Below are positions 44,504 to 55,647 of a stretch of 64,000 nt of DNA, piece after piece. The stretch is from Candidatus Hopanoidivorans cymbastelae. GTDB lineage: Bacteria; Actinomycetota; Acidimicrobiia; Acidimicrobiales; Hopanoidiivorantaceae. Where the stretch lies: contig JAPYNY010000021.1 of assembly GCA_028283145.1 (NCBI GenBank), positions 28,340 to 92,339 of the forward strand, read 5' to 3'. The notes beneath the pieces were generated by a model that made no database searches, had not been told where the DNA came from, and worked only from the letters and a program-made list of their open reading frames with translations. The position numbers and the translations under genes are program-made. Position 1 is the stretch's first letter, and the number at the start of each line of letters is the position of its first letter.

Positions 44504-45484
44504 TTAGGGGCTTTTGATCAAGCTGAGGCGGCCCTTGGAACGTCTAACTTGATGGCCTCCAGAAATATTAGTTCCCACACACTTGCCATTGACCACATCC
44601 ACCATTCGCTGCACAGAGGCCAAATCTGGAGGTTGCCCAACTTCATTAGTAATCCAACGCCTCATCACCCAGCGCAGTTCAGCTTCGGGCAACTCTTGCA
44701 GTGACTTGGCGTCTGATACATCTATGTCGGAATTCAGCGAATTCAATAAGGTGTCTGCATCTCGGCACATATCTGCTGTCCGGCACAGCAACGGCACCAT
44801 GTCTCTGCCTGAAATCTCTGAAAGCTGGGGCAGAAGTTGGTGGCGGACTCGGTTGCGCAGAAAGGCCATGTCCTGGTTCATTGAATCCTGGATGGGAACA
44901 TAGCCGACCAAGTTGCAGACTCGTTCGGTTTGACGGCGTCGCAACTCCAAAATCGGGTGGCGGAAATCCTTGCGTATGCCAGCCAGCCCAGAAATGCCAG
45001 CTCCCCGTAGCAAATTTATGATGACAGTTTCGGCTTGGTCATCGGCGGTGTGGCCGACCAGCGCATCTGTTGGCAGCGCGCTGTATCTGGCAATCCGGGC
45101 TCTTTCCTCCAAGTTGGGGCCTGGTTCCACCGCAGCTGTAATCAATTCAAATTCAAGCTCTAACTCAGACACCAAGGCTGCCACATGCTGGCTGTCGGAT
45201 TTGGATTCAGGGCGGAGCTGGTGGTCGATATAGACAGCTTTGGGTTGACAGCCAGCCACCACCGCCAAAATCAGCAGGGCTGCAGAATCGGCACCTCCCG
45301 AAACAGCACAGGCAACTTTTGGGCGGAGTGGGGCAGGGCTGGACGGGACGGGACGGGATAGGGCTGAGTTGGCCCATGAAGAACCAGCTGGAGGGAAATT
45401 GCAGCTAGCTAGCAGCCCGATTAGCTCTGGGTGTTGGATTAGCTCAGCAAGAGGGAGTTGTAAAACCCTGCTTGGCGCACTCAC
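44504..45484 (-). CDS. tilS: tRNA(Ile)-lysidine synthase
   Basis: PP-loop VACAVSGGADSAALL and HTADDQAETVIINLLRG motifs. Confidence 0.8.
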   Translation of the reverse strand: MSAPSRVLQLPLAELIQHPELIGLLASCNFPPAGSSWANSALSRPVPSSPAPLRPKVACAVSGGADSAALLILAVVAGCQPKAVYIDHQLRPESKSDSQHVAALVSELELEFELITAAVEPGPNLEERARIARYSALPTDALVGHTADDQAETVIINLLRGAGISGLAGIRKDFRHPILELRRRQTERVCNLVGYVPIQDSMNQDMAFLRNRVRHQLLPQLSEISGRDMVPLLCRTADMCRDADTLLNSLNSDIDVSDAKSLQELPEAELRWVMRRWITNEVGQPPDLASVQRMVDVVNGKCVGTNISGGHQVRRSKGRLSLIKSP

Positions 45485-46743
45485 GGTGCCGGTGCTGGCA
45501 CGGGGGTTGGAGTGGCAACTGCTAGTGGCGACTCCGATGCTGATTCGGTCTGGCTTGACTCTGCGTCGGTCTCTGCCTCAATCGCCGCCGACTGAAGTTC
45601 TTGCACACGCGATGCCCAGTCTTGCGGATTGCGGATTTCGTCCATAGTGGGCAAATACTCAGGCCCCTGCCAAGCCAGATTCAAAAATTCAGTTCCCTGC
45701 GCCGACTCAACGGCCGAAATAAAGCGCTCCCCAGCCACATATTGGTTCAGCTTCGCCTCCATACCGATTACTTGACGAAACAGCTTGGCCAACCCCTTGA
45801 CCTGGGTGCGGCGATGATTCATCACTTCACGGAATCTGGGAATTTCAGACAGGTGCTCGGCGCCAGCGCGATCCATCGTGACGTCGCCGTGCCCTTCCAG
45901 CAAGCTCATCATGCCCATAATCTTGTGAAGCACCTCGCGTTGCTGAGGAGAAGCCAGCAGGGCCGGCAGTCCCCCTTCGGCAAAAGGATCTTCGCCCTCT
46001 TTGCGGGCTTGGACAACTTGGCGCACGGCTGCAGCCAGCCTTTTGGGGTCGGTTATCGTCATGGAGTCTTCCACCAGAGACAAAAAATGATCCTTCAACC
46101 ATGGCACCCCTGTGAACTGGACCCGATGGGTAACTTCATGCAAGGCAATCCAAAGGCGGAACTCATCGGGCGGAAAGCCGTGGCGCCACTCCAAAGCAGC
46201 GATGTTGGGGGCTACGTAATAGACGATGTCCTGGTCTTGCGGGCGGGGTGAATTCAGCTCATCAGACTCGCTTTCAACGATCAAAAGGTCGTACTGCCCC
46301 AGAACCCTGGCCGACATCCAGCCCAGCATCACTCCAACTTCCAAAGCAGTCAGCTTTTGAACGGCAGGCACAGAAAATTTGCTGCTGAAATCACTGGCAA
46401 TCTTGGATGTTTTCCCGGCTGGCTTGCGGGCTGATTTCTTGGCTGCAGCTTCTTCGGCCGCCTGGGCGATTTTGTCAGCCAAGGGCTGCAGCAGCCTCTT
46501 GAAGGAGTTGATGTTGGCGTCAACCCAGCCGACTCTGTCCGTAACCCTGCCTCTGGCTGCTCCGGTGGTGGAATGAAGACCTGTCTCAGCCGTAACTAGC
46601 TCTTCGGCTGTGGCTGTGAAAACCTCAAAATCACGCTCCATTGCACCCCGGTTGTAGTTGGGGGGCAGAGGCTGCCGGTTGGCTACACGATGGGCGATTC
46701 GGCGTGCTAGTTCCCAGTCAACCAGGGTTTGTGGGGCACTCAA
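45481..46743 (-). CDS. zinc-dependent metalloprotease (DUF2342 family)
   Basis: HEVTH zinc motif in LWIALHEVTHRVQF. A 420-aa protein upstream of tilS, as in other actinobacteria. Confidence 0.7.
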   Translation of the reverse strand: MSAPQTLVDWELARRIAHRVANRQPLPPNYNRGAMERDFEVFTATAEELVTAETGLHSTTGAARGRVTDRVGWVDANINSFKRLLQPLADKIAQAAEEAAAKKSARKPAGKTSKIASDFSSKFSVPAVQKLTALEVGVMLGWMSARVLGQYDLLIVESESDELNSPRPQDQDIVYYVAPNIAALEWRHGFPPDEFRLWIALHEVTHRVQFTGVPWLKDHFLSLVEDSMTITDPKRLAAAVRQVVQARKEGEDPFAEGGLPALLASPQQREVLHKIMGMMSLLEGHGDVTMDRAGAEHLSEIPRFREVMNHRRTQVKGLAKLFRQVIGMEAKLNQYVAGERFISAVESAQGTEFLNLAWQGPEYLPTMDEIRNPQDWASRVQELQSAAIEAETDAESSQTESASESPLAVATPTPVPAPAP

Positions 46744-47039
46744 CTAGATGCCTCAACTTCGGCACCCTCCCCCAAGGCTGCTGGCTGGGGCGACCCTTCC
46801 ACAGCTTCTGGAGTTGGCGAGCTTTCAAGGGGTGTCGGCGGAACATATCCCTTAGGCGGAAAGCGAGGCTGCACCACTTGCTTCAGGTAACCCACAACCG
46901 TAGCAGCAAATACCAGCAGACCACCCCCCAACAAAAGCGGAGCAATCCACCAATGCCAAACGACAGCAGCCAAACTCACGGGTGCGTCCTCATTTTTCGT
47001 CCGATAAATCCTAGGGTTTTGATTTGCTTCCTCTTCCAA
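46740..47039 (-). CDS. small membrane protein, unknown function
   Basis: 99 aa with one clear TM helix (WWIAPLLLGGGLLVFAATVVGYL) and a 4-nt overlap with the downstream protease gene. Confidence 0.35.
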   Translation of the reverse strand: MEEEANQNPRIYRTKNEDAPVSLAAVVWHWWIAPLLLGGGLLVFAATVVGYLKQVVQPRFPPKGYVPPTPLESSPTPEAVEGSPQPAALGEGAEVEASS

Positions 47040-47155
47040 CTAAGCCTAGCAGTGAACTTGCGATAGTCGGATATTTGCCGGGGCGGGAGGGTGACGCAGT
47101 GCCGTGGCGCCGACTCGCCGTGGCTCTGCCCTACCGCAACTATAGCCACCCTGAC

Positions 47156-47455
47156 TCAGAGGTCTGCAGGGCCGATTTCACCCAGATCAATCTTCCCAAG
47201 CGCCTCCGAAATGTTGATCCGCAGAGCTTGGGGGGCCTTCTCTTGAGTTTTGTCGTGAAGCATATGTCTCACCTGCAACTCCATGTCCAACGCCAGCAGG
47301 CACGGCACGCAGTCAGACAACTGTATCCGCATCTGGCCCACCCAAGACTCTTGCCGCCAGCCGTTCAAGCTATCAGCGATGCAACGTTGGCCGTGCTCAC
47401 ACACAACTGGATTGCCGGGGCACTTGTTTGCGTCCCGATTATCCTGGTTCATCAT
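47156..47455 (-). CDS. RsrA-like anti-sigma factor (ZAS-like)
   Basis: Located directly downstream of the ECF sigma gene. LSDCVPCLLALDMELQVRHML resembles the RsrA HFEECSPCLEKYGLEQAVKKLV block, but Gln replaces the canonical His of HxxxCxxC. Upstream Cys residues are present (CEHGQRC). Confidence 0.5.
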   Translation of the reverse strand: MMNQDNRDANKCPGNPVVCEHGQRCIADSLNGWRQESWVGQMRIQLSDCVPCLLALDMELQVRHMLHDKTQEKAPQALRINISEALGKIDLGEIGPADL

Positions 47456-47490
47456 TCCTTCTGCCTGCTTTGCGTGTTCGTCTGGTGGGT

Positions 47491-48162
47491 TTAAGTCTGG
47501 CTGAGCGCTACTACAGGTTGTTGGCTGTCTGATAACTTTCTTTTGGCTGCCTTGCTGGAGATTTTATTCGTTATCGTGTCTTGCGGCGCCAAGTCTTGAG
47601 GCCCCAGATAACCTAACTTCTCCCCTAATTCGTATAACTCGTTTTTCAAGAATTTCCTTCCACGATGGAGGCGGCTCATGACCGTGCCCTCTGGCAAATC
47701 CAACAACTCCGCAATTTCCTTGTAGGGAAAGCCTTCAATGTCGGCTAACAACACGGGAATCCTGTAGTGCTCAGGCAAAGACTCCAAGGCGTCTTTGATC
47801 TGATCATCTGGAATTTGGCTAAGGAACTCCACCTCCGCGCTGTGAGTCGGGCCGCTGCCCAGCCCCTCATGGCCCAAAAGAAACTGGCTGGACAGCTGGT
47901 AGTCCTCCACGGACTCAGACAAAATAGGGCGGTGCTTGGCTCGGCGATAGGAGTTGATGAAGGTGTTGGTCATGATCCGATACAGCCATGCCCTCAAATT
48001 GGTGCCCTGCTTGAATTTGTCAAACCCCTTGAAAGCACGGATATAGGTGTCTTGGACGAGGTCTTCAGCATCGTTGTCGTGCCGGGTGAGCCGCTTGGCG
48101 TAGGAATAGAGTTCATCCATGAAGGGCTCGGTCTGCTCCATGAATTGCTCTTGGGCTGCCAT
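47491..48162 (-). CDS. ECF RNA polymerase sigma factor (SigH/SigR-like)
   Basis: Region 2 [14 protein letters not shown]...[16 protein letters not shown] and region 4 [25 protein letters not shown]. Confidence 0.8.
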   Translation of the reverse strand: MAAQEQFMEQTEPFMDELYSYAKRLTRHDNDAEDLVQDTYIRAFKGFDKFKQGTNLRAWLYRIMTNTFINSYRRAKHRPILSESVEDYQLSSQFLLGHEGLGSGPTHSAEVEFLSQIPDDQIKDALESLPEHYRIPVLLADIEGFPYKEIAELLDLPEGTVMSRLHRGRKFLKNELYELGEKLGYLGPQDLAPQDTITNKISSKAAKRKLSDSQQPVVALSQT

Positions 48163-48288
48163 GTTTTCAGTTTAACTTGCCAATACCGCAGCTTCGCTTG
48201 GCGATGCTCTCAGCCAATCCAACTCAGCTAAGTAATATAAAAAATTAGACAATCCTCAAGGCAAAGCTACCAAACCTGTCAAAATCCC

Positions 48289-50361
48289 ATGAGAAACCAC
48301 ACGGCACATCAATCCCTCTATCGGCGCTATCGGCCGTCTCGCTTTGAGCAGCTCATCGGTCAAGACCATGTAATAACCGCTCTGCGCAACGCCGTGCGCG
48401 ACCAAAAAGTCGGACATGCCTACCTGTTCAGCGGGCCTCGTGGCACTGGCAAAACCTCTACCGCCCGCATACTTGCCAAAGCTCTCAACTGCCTCAACCC
48501 CCAAGAGGGTGAGCCTTGCGATGAGTGCGAATCTTGCCTGGCGTTCATGGCTGGCGTCTCCTACGACCTGCATGAGCTTGACGCTGCGTCCAACAACAAA
48601 GTGGAAGACATGCGAGACTTGATTTCCAAAGTCTCCTTCGGCACGCCGGGGCACAGAAAAATCTATGTGCTAGACGAAGTCCATATGCTTACCACCGGAG
48701 CGGAAAATGCTCTCTTGAAGACACTGGAGGAACCGCCGGGGCACGTTACTTTTGTGATGTGCACCACCGAACCGCATAAAGTAGCCGACACCGTCAGGAG
48801 CCGAGCCCAGCGCTTGCAGTTTGAATTGGTGCCAGCGGAGTTGCTGCTCCAGCACGTGAGTTGGGTGGCACAAGACGCTGGATTTGAGCTGGACGAACAA
48901 GATGCCAGCTATGTAGTCAAAGAAGGCAAGGGTTCGGTGCGCGACACTCTGTCGGCTTTGGATCAAGTCATCTCCGCCAACGGAGCTCCGGGCGAGAGCT
49001 ACAGCACGGAAAAGCTGCTGGATGCACTTGGGGCGCAAAATCTAGGCGATGCGTTGGTGGCGGTAGATAATGCCATTCGATCGGGCAAAGAACCTCGTGT
49101 TTTGGCTGAAGAATTGGTTGCTGTGATGCGAAATGTTTTTTTGGCTGCGATGGGAGCTTCGCTTGATCACCTGCTGCCCCAGGAGAGAGCTTTGGCTCAA
49201 AGTCGCAGCGAGCAGCTAGCTACGGTAATCGTGACTAACACTATGGAAGAGTTGGGGGAAGCTTTGACTCGTATGCGTCAGTCGGCCGACCCCCGCATTG
49301 ACTTGGAGTTGGCATTTCTCAGGCTGTTGGCAAAAAACTCTCATCCACCTGCGGAAGCTAGGCCTTCGTCTGCGGATGCAAAGCCTGTGCCTGCGCCAAC
49401 CCAGACCAGGCCAAAGAACGAACCGAGAGTTGCGCCAAGAACTAAAGCCAAAGACAGCGAGCCAACCAAAGCCGAACCAGCAGCAGCGCAAACTGCTGCC
49501 AGGGCTGCGGTCGTAGAGGACAAAACAGCCGAACCTGAACCAGATACCAGAGAAAAAGCCGGGTCCAGGGCAACTGAAAGTGATGTCCGGTATCGCGCAT
49601 CGGCAGAAAAGACTGTCACCGAAACTGCCGCACAAGAGGTAACCGATACTAGACCTTCCGTGGAGGATTCACGACCTCCTGTTGGGCCATCTCACACCTC
49701 TGCGTCCGGGCGCCTGACACCTGGAGAGATCAGGCGACGACGCCGAGCTGCTGCCGAGCAAAACCAGGAACCTATGGTGAGACAGGAGCAACACTCAGTT
49801 TCAGATGAGTCACCCGCAGCAATTGAATCACCCAGAAAAATCTACGAAAACGACAATCAAAAGAGCGATTCCGTCAGCTTTCCAGACGAAGAACAAGCCA
49901 AAAAAGCCGAAGCTGTGGGAGTTAAACCAGAAACAATTGCCCTGATTGAAAAACGCTTTCCCAATACCCGTGCTGTTCCTCATTTGAATCCCAAATCACG
50001 CTCAACTGCGGTGAATGCAACTGCATCACAACAAAAGACTCCGCCCCAACCCGAAAGCTTGGAGAGGGGTGGGGCGCCCCAGGAACCGCAAATCCAAGAA
50101 CCGCCAAAACCGCCAGCCGCTGAAAAGGAGGCATTGAATGATTCTCCGCCTGCAGGCAAAGAGCATCCGCCCGCAAAAAGCGAAGAATTTTCAGCCGAAG
50201 AATTTTTAGCCCCAGAAATAGAAAAATCCCCAACCCCAGAAGCCCTAACCACCGACACATTTGACGAAAACATGGCAGGCATCAACGTAGAAGAGCTAGC
50301 AGAACTCCCAGACGACCCCTCAGAAGCCATCCCCAACATCCCCCAGGACGCCCTCTTCTAG
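48289..50361 (+). CDS. dnaX: DNA polymerase III subunit gamma/tau
   Basis: GPRGTGKTSTARILAK Walker A, CDECESC zinc module, and SRAQRLQF sensor. It has a long P/A/E/K-rich C-terminal half. Confidence 0.85.
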   Translation: MRNHTAHQSLYRRYRPSRFEQLIGQDHVITALRNAVRDQKVGHAYLFSGPRGTGKTSTARILAKALNCLNPQEGEPCDECESCLAFMAGVSYDLHELDAASNNKVEDMRDLISKVSFGTPGHRKIYVLDEVHMLTTGAENALLKTLEEPPGHVTFVMCTTEPHKVADTVRSRAQRLQFELVPAELLLQHVSWVAQDAGFELDEQDASYVVKEGKGSVRDTLSALDQVISANGAPGESYSTEKLLDALGAQNLGDALVAVDNAIRSGKEPRVLAEELVAVMRNVFLAAMGASLDHLLPQERALAQSRSEQLATVIVTNTMEELGEALTRMRQSADPRIDLELAFLRLLAKNSHPPAEARPSSADAKPVPAPTQTRPKNEPRVAPRTKAKDSEPTKAEPAAAQTAARAAVVEDKTAEPEPDTREKAGSRATESDVRYRASAEKTVTETAAQEVTDTRPSVEDSRPPVGPSHTSASGRLTPGEIRRRRRAAAEQNQEPMVRQEQHSVSDESPAAIESPRKIYENDNQKSDSVSFPDEEQAKKAEAVGVKPETIALIEKRFPNTRAVPHLNPKSRSTAVNATASQQKTPPQPESLERGGAPQEPQIQEPPKPPAAEKEALNDSPPAGKEHPPAKSEEFSAEEFLAPEIEKSPTPEALTTDTFDENMAGINVEELAELPDDPSEAIPNIPQDALF

Positions 50362-50388
50362 ACTGCTTTTTCCGCCAAAACTCTGCCC

Positions 50389-50994
50389 ATGAATTTCTAC
50401 ACGCCGCCAGTCCAAAATCTGATTGACCAATTCAGTCGACTGCCTGGCATCGGGCCCAAATCGGCACAGCGGATTGCCTTTCATCTGCTTCAATCCTCAA
50501 ATGAGAATGCCCTGGGTTTGGCTGCCGCTATTGAGACAGCCAAGGAGCAAGTGCGGTTTTGCGAGGTCTGCTGCAATTTCAGCGCCACAGAAGTTTGCGA
50601 ACTCTGCCAAGACCCGAAACGAGATCCCGCTGTCATCTGCGTGGTGGAAGAGTCAAGAGACATCGCCATCGTGGAGCGCAGCGGCGAATTCAGCGGACAA
50701 TATCATGTACTGCACGGAGCCATGAATCCCATTGAAGGCATCGGCCCTGAACAGCTCAGAGTCAAAGAACTGCTCAATCGGCTAAAAGACAGCCAAGTCA
50801 CCGAAGTGATTGTAGCCACCAGCCCGAATCTTGAGGGCGAAGCCACGTCTATGTATTTGGCACGCCTGCTGAATCCCGTCGGAATAATGGTTACCCGTCC
50901 CGCTAGCGGCTTGCCTGTAGGCGGCGATTTGGAATATGTAGACGAACTGACGCTGGGGCGGGCGTTGTCGGCACGCCAGCAAATCACACCATGA
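50389..50994 (+). CDS. recR: recombination protein RecR
   Basis: [17 protein letters not shown] Hh[17 protein letters not shown] zinc finger, and a Toprim domain. Confidence 0.9.
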   Translation: MNFYTPPVQNLIDQFSRLPGIGPKSAQRIAFHLLQSSNENALGLAAAIETAKEQVRFCEVCCNFSATEVCELCQDPKRDPAVICVVEESRDIAIVERSGEFSGQYHVLHGAMNPIEGIGPEQLRVKELLNRLKDSQVTEVIVATSPNLEGEATSMYLARLLNPVGIMVTRPASGLPVGGDLEYVDELTLGRALSARQQITP

Positions 50995-51001
50995 CAGCCC
51001 T

Positions 51002-51883
51002 ATGAAGGTTCACCTAATAGACGGCACCTACGAACTCTTTCGCCATTTCTTTGCGGTGCCGTCACATATCAACTCAGACGGCCAAGAAATAGCTGCCACC
51101 AGAGGAGCGGTCGGGAGTTTGCTGCTGCTGGTGGAAGAAGGGGCAACTCATATAGCTATAGCCACCGATGAGGTCATCACTTCATTTCGCAATGAACTTT
51201 ACGCCCCCTACAAAACAGGTGAAGGAGTTGACCCCGCGCTGTTGTCTCAATTTTTGCTGTTCCAGGAAGTGGCTGCGGCTGCGGGCTTTGTGGTCTGGCC
51301 GATGGTGGAGTTTGAAGCTGATGATGCCATAGCTACAGCTGCTGCTATCGCCAAGGCTGACCCACAAGTGGAACAAGTCATAATCTGCTCACCCGATAAA
51401 GACCTGACCCAGTGCCTGACACCCGACCGCAAAGTGGTGCAATACGACCGACGCAAGCAGCAAATTCTTGACTACGAAGCTGCCCAGAAAAAATTCAACG
51501 TCCCGCCCGAAGCCATACCAGACTACTTAGCCCTGGTAGGCGACTCCGCCGATGGAATTGAAGGTGTGCCGCACTGGGGAGCCAAATCGGCTGCGACAGC
51601 CCTCAGCCGCTATGGTCGGCTGGAGGACATCCCCGATGAACCCGGCAAGTGGGATATAGCTTTGCGTGGCGCGCCCAAGCTGGCAGCTGTTTTGGCTGAT
51701 CGCAAGGCCGACGCCCAGCTATTCAAGCAACTGACCACCTTGCGCACTGACGTGCCAAACTTGGGCCACCCGCAAAGTTGGCAATGGCAAGGGCCCAGAG
51801 CGGGTTTCCAGCAGGTATGTCACAGCATTGACGCTCCTAGATTATATGAAAAGGCCACACGCTTAGCCGGCAGCCCCAACTAA
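51002..51883 (+). CDS. 5'-3' exonuclease (FEN/Pol I N-terminal domain family)
   Basis: LIDGTYELFRHFF, EADDAIAT, SPDKDLTQC, and the H3TH segment GVPHWGAKSAATAL. Confidence 0.75.
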   Translation: MKVHLIDGTYELFRHFFAVPSHINSDGQEIAATRGAVGSLLLLVEEGATHIAIATDEVITSFRNELYAPYKTGEGVDPALLSQFLLFQEVAAAAGFVVWPMVEFEADDAIATAAAIAKADPQVEQVIICSPDKDLTQCLTPDRKVVQYDRRKQQILDYEAAQKKFNVPPEAIPDYLALVGDSADGIEGVPHWGAKSAATALSRYGRLEDIPDEPGKWDIALRGAPKLAAVLADRKADAQLFKQLTTLRTDVPNLGHPQSWQWQGPRAGFQQVCHSIDAPRLYEKATRLAGSPN

Positions 51884-51918
51884 TCTATTCGCCATCACCC
51901 CAAACCACACGAAAGGCT

Positions 51919-53094
51919 TTGCCAACCATGTCAGACAACACCGGCGTAAACAACACCGCCATCACACCCTTCACCATCAACATAACAGATTCGGCGCTGG
52001 AAGACCTCCGCACCCGACTGCATAACACCCGCTGGCCAGATGAGGTTGAAAATGCCGGCTGGGATTTGGGCATTCCCATGGATTACCTCAAGGAGGTCTG
52101 CCAGTATTGGGCTGAAACATACGACTGGCGTGCCCAAGAAACCCACCTCAACAGCTTTGCCCAGTATCGCACCACCATTGAAGATTTGGGCATTCACTTC
52201 ATCCACGTCAGATCTCCCCACCCCGAAGCCGTGCCGCTGCTCATAACCCACGGCTGGCCAGGCTCAGTGGTGGAATTCCATAAAGTCATCGACCCGCTGG
52301 CCAACCCGACTGCCCACGGCGGCGAGGCCAGCGATGCCTTCCATGTGATCTGTCCGTCCTTGCCTGGATACGGCTTCTCAGACCGGCCGCCGGTGCTGGG
52401 CTACGGGGCCGACCGCACCGCCAAGATGTGGATCCAGCTGATGGAACGGCTGGGTTATGACCGTTACATCGCTCAAGGGGGCGACTGGGGTGCAATGGTA
52501 ACCACCCGCATTGGAGAATTTGACCCCGACCACGTCATGGGCATTCACTTGAACATGCCTATAGCTGCTCCCGACCCTGAGACGATGGACAATCTGACTG
52601 AAGCCGAACAGGCAGCGTTGGAATCCTTGGCGCACTACGACCGCTGGGACGCCGGCTATTCCAAACAACAATCCTCGCGCCCTCAAACCTTGGCTTACAG
52701 CCTGACCGACTCACCAGTGGGCCAGGCAGCTTGGATTTTAGAGAAGATGTGGGCTTGGACTGACTGCGACGGGCACCCCGAAAACGTGCTGACGCGTGAT
52801 GAGATGCTGAACAATGTGATGTTGTATTGGTGCACAGCTACAGGCGGCTCCTCAGCTCGCATGTACTACGAAAGCTTCCACGCTGAAGGGGGTTCTCTGG
52901 GAGAAGTGGCCGTGCCCACAGGCGGCTGCATTTATCCCAAGGAAATAATTCGCGTCTCCAGACGTTGGGCGGAAAAGCGATATACCGACATCATCCACTG
53001 GACCATTCAAGACAAGGGCGGGCACTTCGCTGCCTTTGAAGTGCCTGATATGTTTGTGGAAGACGTCAGAAAGTTTGCTCGTTTGGTGCGCTAG
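51919..53094 (+). CDS. epoxide hydrolase (alpha/beta hydrolase with EHN N-terminal domain)
   Basis: The N-terminal ITPFTINITDSALEDLRTRLHNTRWPDE is typical of EHN domains. It also has the HGWPGS oxyanion motif, a GGDWG nucleophile elbow, and a C-terminal GGHFAAFE. Confidence 0.75.
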   Translation: MPTMSDNTGVNNTAITPFTINITDSALEDLRTRLHNTRWPDEVENAGWDLGIPMDYLKEVCQYWAETYDWRAQETHLNSFAQYRTTIEDLGIHFIHVRSPHPEAVPLLITHGWPGSVVEFHKVIDPLANPTAHGGEASDAFHVICPSLPGYGFSDRPPVLGYGADRTAKMWIQLMERLGYDRYIAQGGDWGAMVTTRIGEFDPDHVMGIHLNMPIAAPDPETMDNLTEAEQAALESLAHYDRWDAGYSKQQSSRPQTLAYSLTDSPVGQAAWILEKMWAWTDCDGHPENVLTRDEMLNNVMLYWCTATGGSSARMYYESFHAEGGSLGEVAVPTGGCIYPKEIIRVSRRWAEKRYTDIIHWTIQDKGGHFAAFEVPDMFVEDVRKFARLVR

Positions 53095-53130
53095 CTCTAG
53101 CTTAATAACCCCGCTAGCCCAGCAATTCCG

Positions 53131-53837
<707 letters not shown>

Positions 53838-53866
53838 AGCTTTCAGGCTAGAGCCAGCCCAGATAC

Positions 53867-55579
53867 TTAAAGCAAACTCAGATAGTAGTGATAGAGTGGC
53901 TGTCCGCCATCATGCAGCTCGACTTCCACCGACTTGTGGTGCTCTGCAACCCAGTCCAGCACTTTCTGGGTGGCACTCTGTTCGGCTAACTCCCCCACAA
54001 AAAGCATCAGCAGTTCATGTTCTGGCGCGATGATTTGAGCCAATAGATCACACACAGCTGCCACCAACTCTTGCGAAACCGACACGATTTTGCCACCCGA
54101 GATGCCTATGAAGTCTCCCAAGCCGACTTTTTGCCCACCAACTGAAGTTTCGCGCACAGCTTCAGTGATTTGACCGACCGCCAAGTCTGCTACTTCTGCT
54201 TGCATGGCTTTGAGATTGTCCATGGCTGTCAAAGTTGGGTCATACACAACCATTGAAGCTATGCCCTCTGGAATGCTGGTGCTGGGCAGCACTTGCACTT
54301 CCTTGCGGCAACTTTGAGCTGCCTGCTGAGCCACAGGGATGATATTCTTGTTATTCGGCAACAGAACCACCTCATTTGATTCAGCGGCTTCCAGCGCCTC
54401 CAACAGCAACTCAGTTGAGGGGTTCATGGTTTGTCCGCCCAACACCACGCTGTGCACATTCAACTCTGCCAGCAGGCGAACTATGCCTTCGCCCACAGCT
54501 ACCGACACCACCGCACATTTGACTTCGGGGTCGGCTTGGGGATTTCTCCAAATTGGCGATGAACCAGCCTGGGCGCCCGAAACTGCTGCCATCAAAGACT
54601 GGCGCATATCGCTCTCCAGGTGCTCAACTTGCTCAAATAAGTCGGTAATGCGAATTGTATGCGGGCGACCAACCCCAATACCAGCTTCAATGGACTCGCC
54701 TATGTGGTTGGTATGAATGTGACAATTCCACAAGCCGCCGCCTCCGACCACCACAATCGAATCACCCAACTCGGCCCACTTCTGGCGAAACCCCTCAATC
54801 TGGTCATCGGCTTGGGTTTCCAGAAAAAACATCACCTCATAGCGCTGGTCGCCCAAGTGGGGCTGGCCACCAGATTGGGGCTGGCCAGCTGGGTGAGACT
54901 GGTCGCCTGACTGGGGCTGCGTGGCCCCGACTCCCTCTGATATTTTGGGCGCGGCGGGCAAGTCGTGGTCAGACACGACAGCCAGCATTGCATCCCAAAT
55001 CAGCACCAAGCCCGCACCGCCAGCGTCAACCACTCCAGCTTCAGCTAAAACCTCCAGCAACTCAGGGGTTCTCTCCAAACTTTCCTGCGCTGCTGCCTGA
55101 CAACTTTGGGCTAGTTTGATCAGATCGCGCCCCTGGTGCAAACACTCCTGCGCTTGTGAGGCTATGTCGGTCAAAACCGTGAGGATAGTTCCCTCCCTAG
55201 GCTCTAGCACTGCCTTGTAAGCCGAATTTCTGGCAATCTCCCAACCCTTGGTCAAAGACTCGGTTGTAATAGAATTCTGCTCTTCAATCGACTGGCACAG
55301 CCCCCGCAGTATCTGACTCAAAATCACCCCCGAGTTTCCCCTAGCACCCATCAGCGAACCGTGGCTGATAGCCTGGCACAACCCGGCTAGGTCGCTGGGG
55401 TCGTGAACGTCAATGTGCTCCAAGACGGAAGACACAGTCAGAGCCATGTTGGTGCCAGTGTCGCCGTCGGGCACAGGAAATACGTTGAGGCTGTCGATGG
55501 CTTCTCGGTGCTCATTCAGCACCCGACCGTAGGTTGCCATGATTTCCTTTAACTCGCGGCTGGTTATTTCGCTGATCAT
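53867..55579 (-). CDS. yloV: DAK2 domain fusion protein YloV
   Basis: The N-terminal DAK2 motif LNVFPVPDGDTGTNMALT and the 570-aa architecture match the YloV family. Confidence 0.8.
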   Translation of the reverse strand: MISEITSRELKEIMATYGRVLNEHREAIDSLNVFPVPDGDTGTNMALTVSSVLEHIDVHDPSDLAGLCQAISHGSLMGARGNSGVILSQILRGLCQSIEEQNSITTESLTKGWEIARNSAYKAVLEPREGTILTVLTDIASQAQECLHQGRDLIKLAQSCQAAAQESLERTPELLEVLAEAGVVDAGGAGLVLIWDAMLAVVSDHDLPAAPKISEGVGATQPQSGDQSHPAGQPQSGGQPHLGDQRYEVMFFLETQADDQIEGFRQKWAELGDSIVVVGGGGLWNCHIHTNHIGESIEAGIGVGRPHTIRITDLFEQVEHLESDMRQSLMAAVSGAQAGSSPIWRNPQADPEVKCAVVSVAVGEGIVRLLAELNVHSVVLGGQTMNPSTELLLEALEAAESNEVVLLPNNKNIIPVAQQAAQSCRKEVQVLPSTSIPEGIASMVVYDPTLTAMDNLKAMQAEVADLAVGQITEAVRETSVGGQKVGLGDFIGISGGKIVSVSQELVAAVCDLLAQIIAPEHELLMLFVGELAEQSATQKVLDWVAEHHKSVEVELHDGGQPLYHYYLSLL

Positions 55580-55625
55580 TGGCTAATCAAATGGCTCGCA
55601 ATTGGGCTGAAATGGTTGAAATTTG

Positions 55626-55647
55626 AGTGCCTTAATCTGAAGGCACT
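55626..55647. promoter_or_regulatory. perfect 8-bp inverted repeat (AGTGCCTT-N6-AAGGCACT), candidate operator
   Basis: Read directly in the yloV / small-gene divergent intergenic region. Two more dyads are nearby: GCAAATTTGC at 55667-55676, and AGCACTT-N5-AAGTGCT at 55718-55736 abutting the start codon. Confidence 0.3.

Noticed and set aside
48163-48250. SigR/SigH-type autoregulatory promoter (GGAAT-N18-GTT) upstream of the ECF sigma gene
   Set aside because: Reading the minus strand, I found GTT candidates but no GGAA(T/C) at the required distance.
48163-48288. Expected SRP RNA (ffs) or another structured RNA upstream of dnaX, and the missing ybaB between dnaX and recR
   Set aside because: The 126-nt spacer is AT-rich, without the conserved SRP domain IV sequence or any extended helices. 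The absence of ybaB at 50362-50388 is only an absence; the gene may be elsewhere.
48256-48654. 132-aa minus-strand ORF overlapping the dnaX 5' end
   Set aside because: It is antisense to the dnaX region carrying the Walker A and zinc module, and it has no recognisable motif, so it is a shadow ORF.
49900-49906. AAAAAAG heptamer inside dnaX, a possible programmed -1 frameshift site as in E. coli dnaX
   Set aside because: The zero frame here is AAA AAA GCC, not A AAA AAG. The site lies at about codon 538 of 690, in the low-complexity tail well past domain III. No downstream hairpin was evident.
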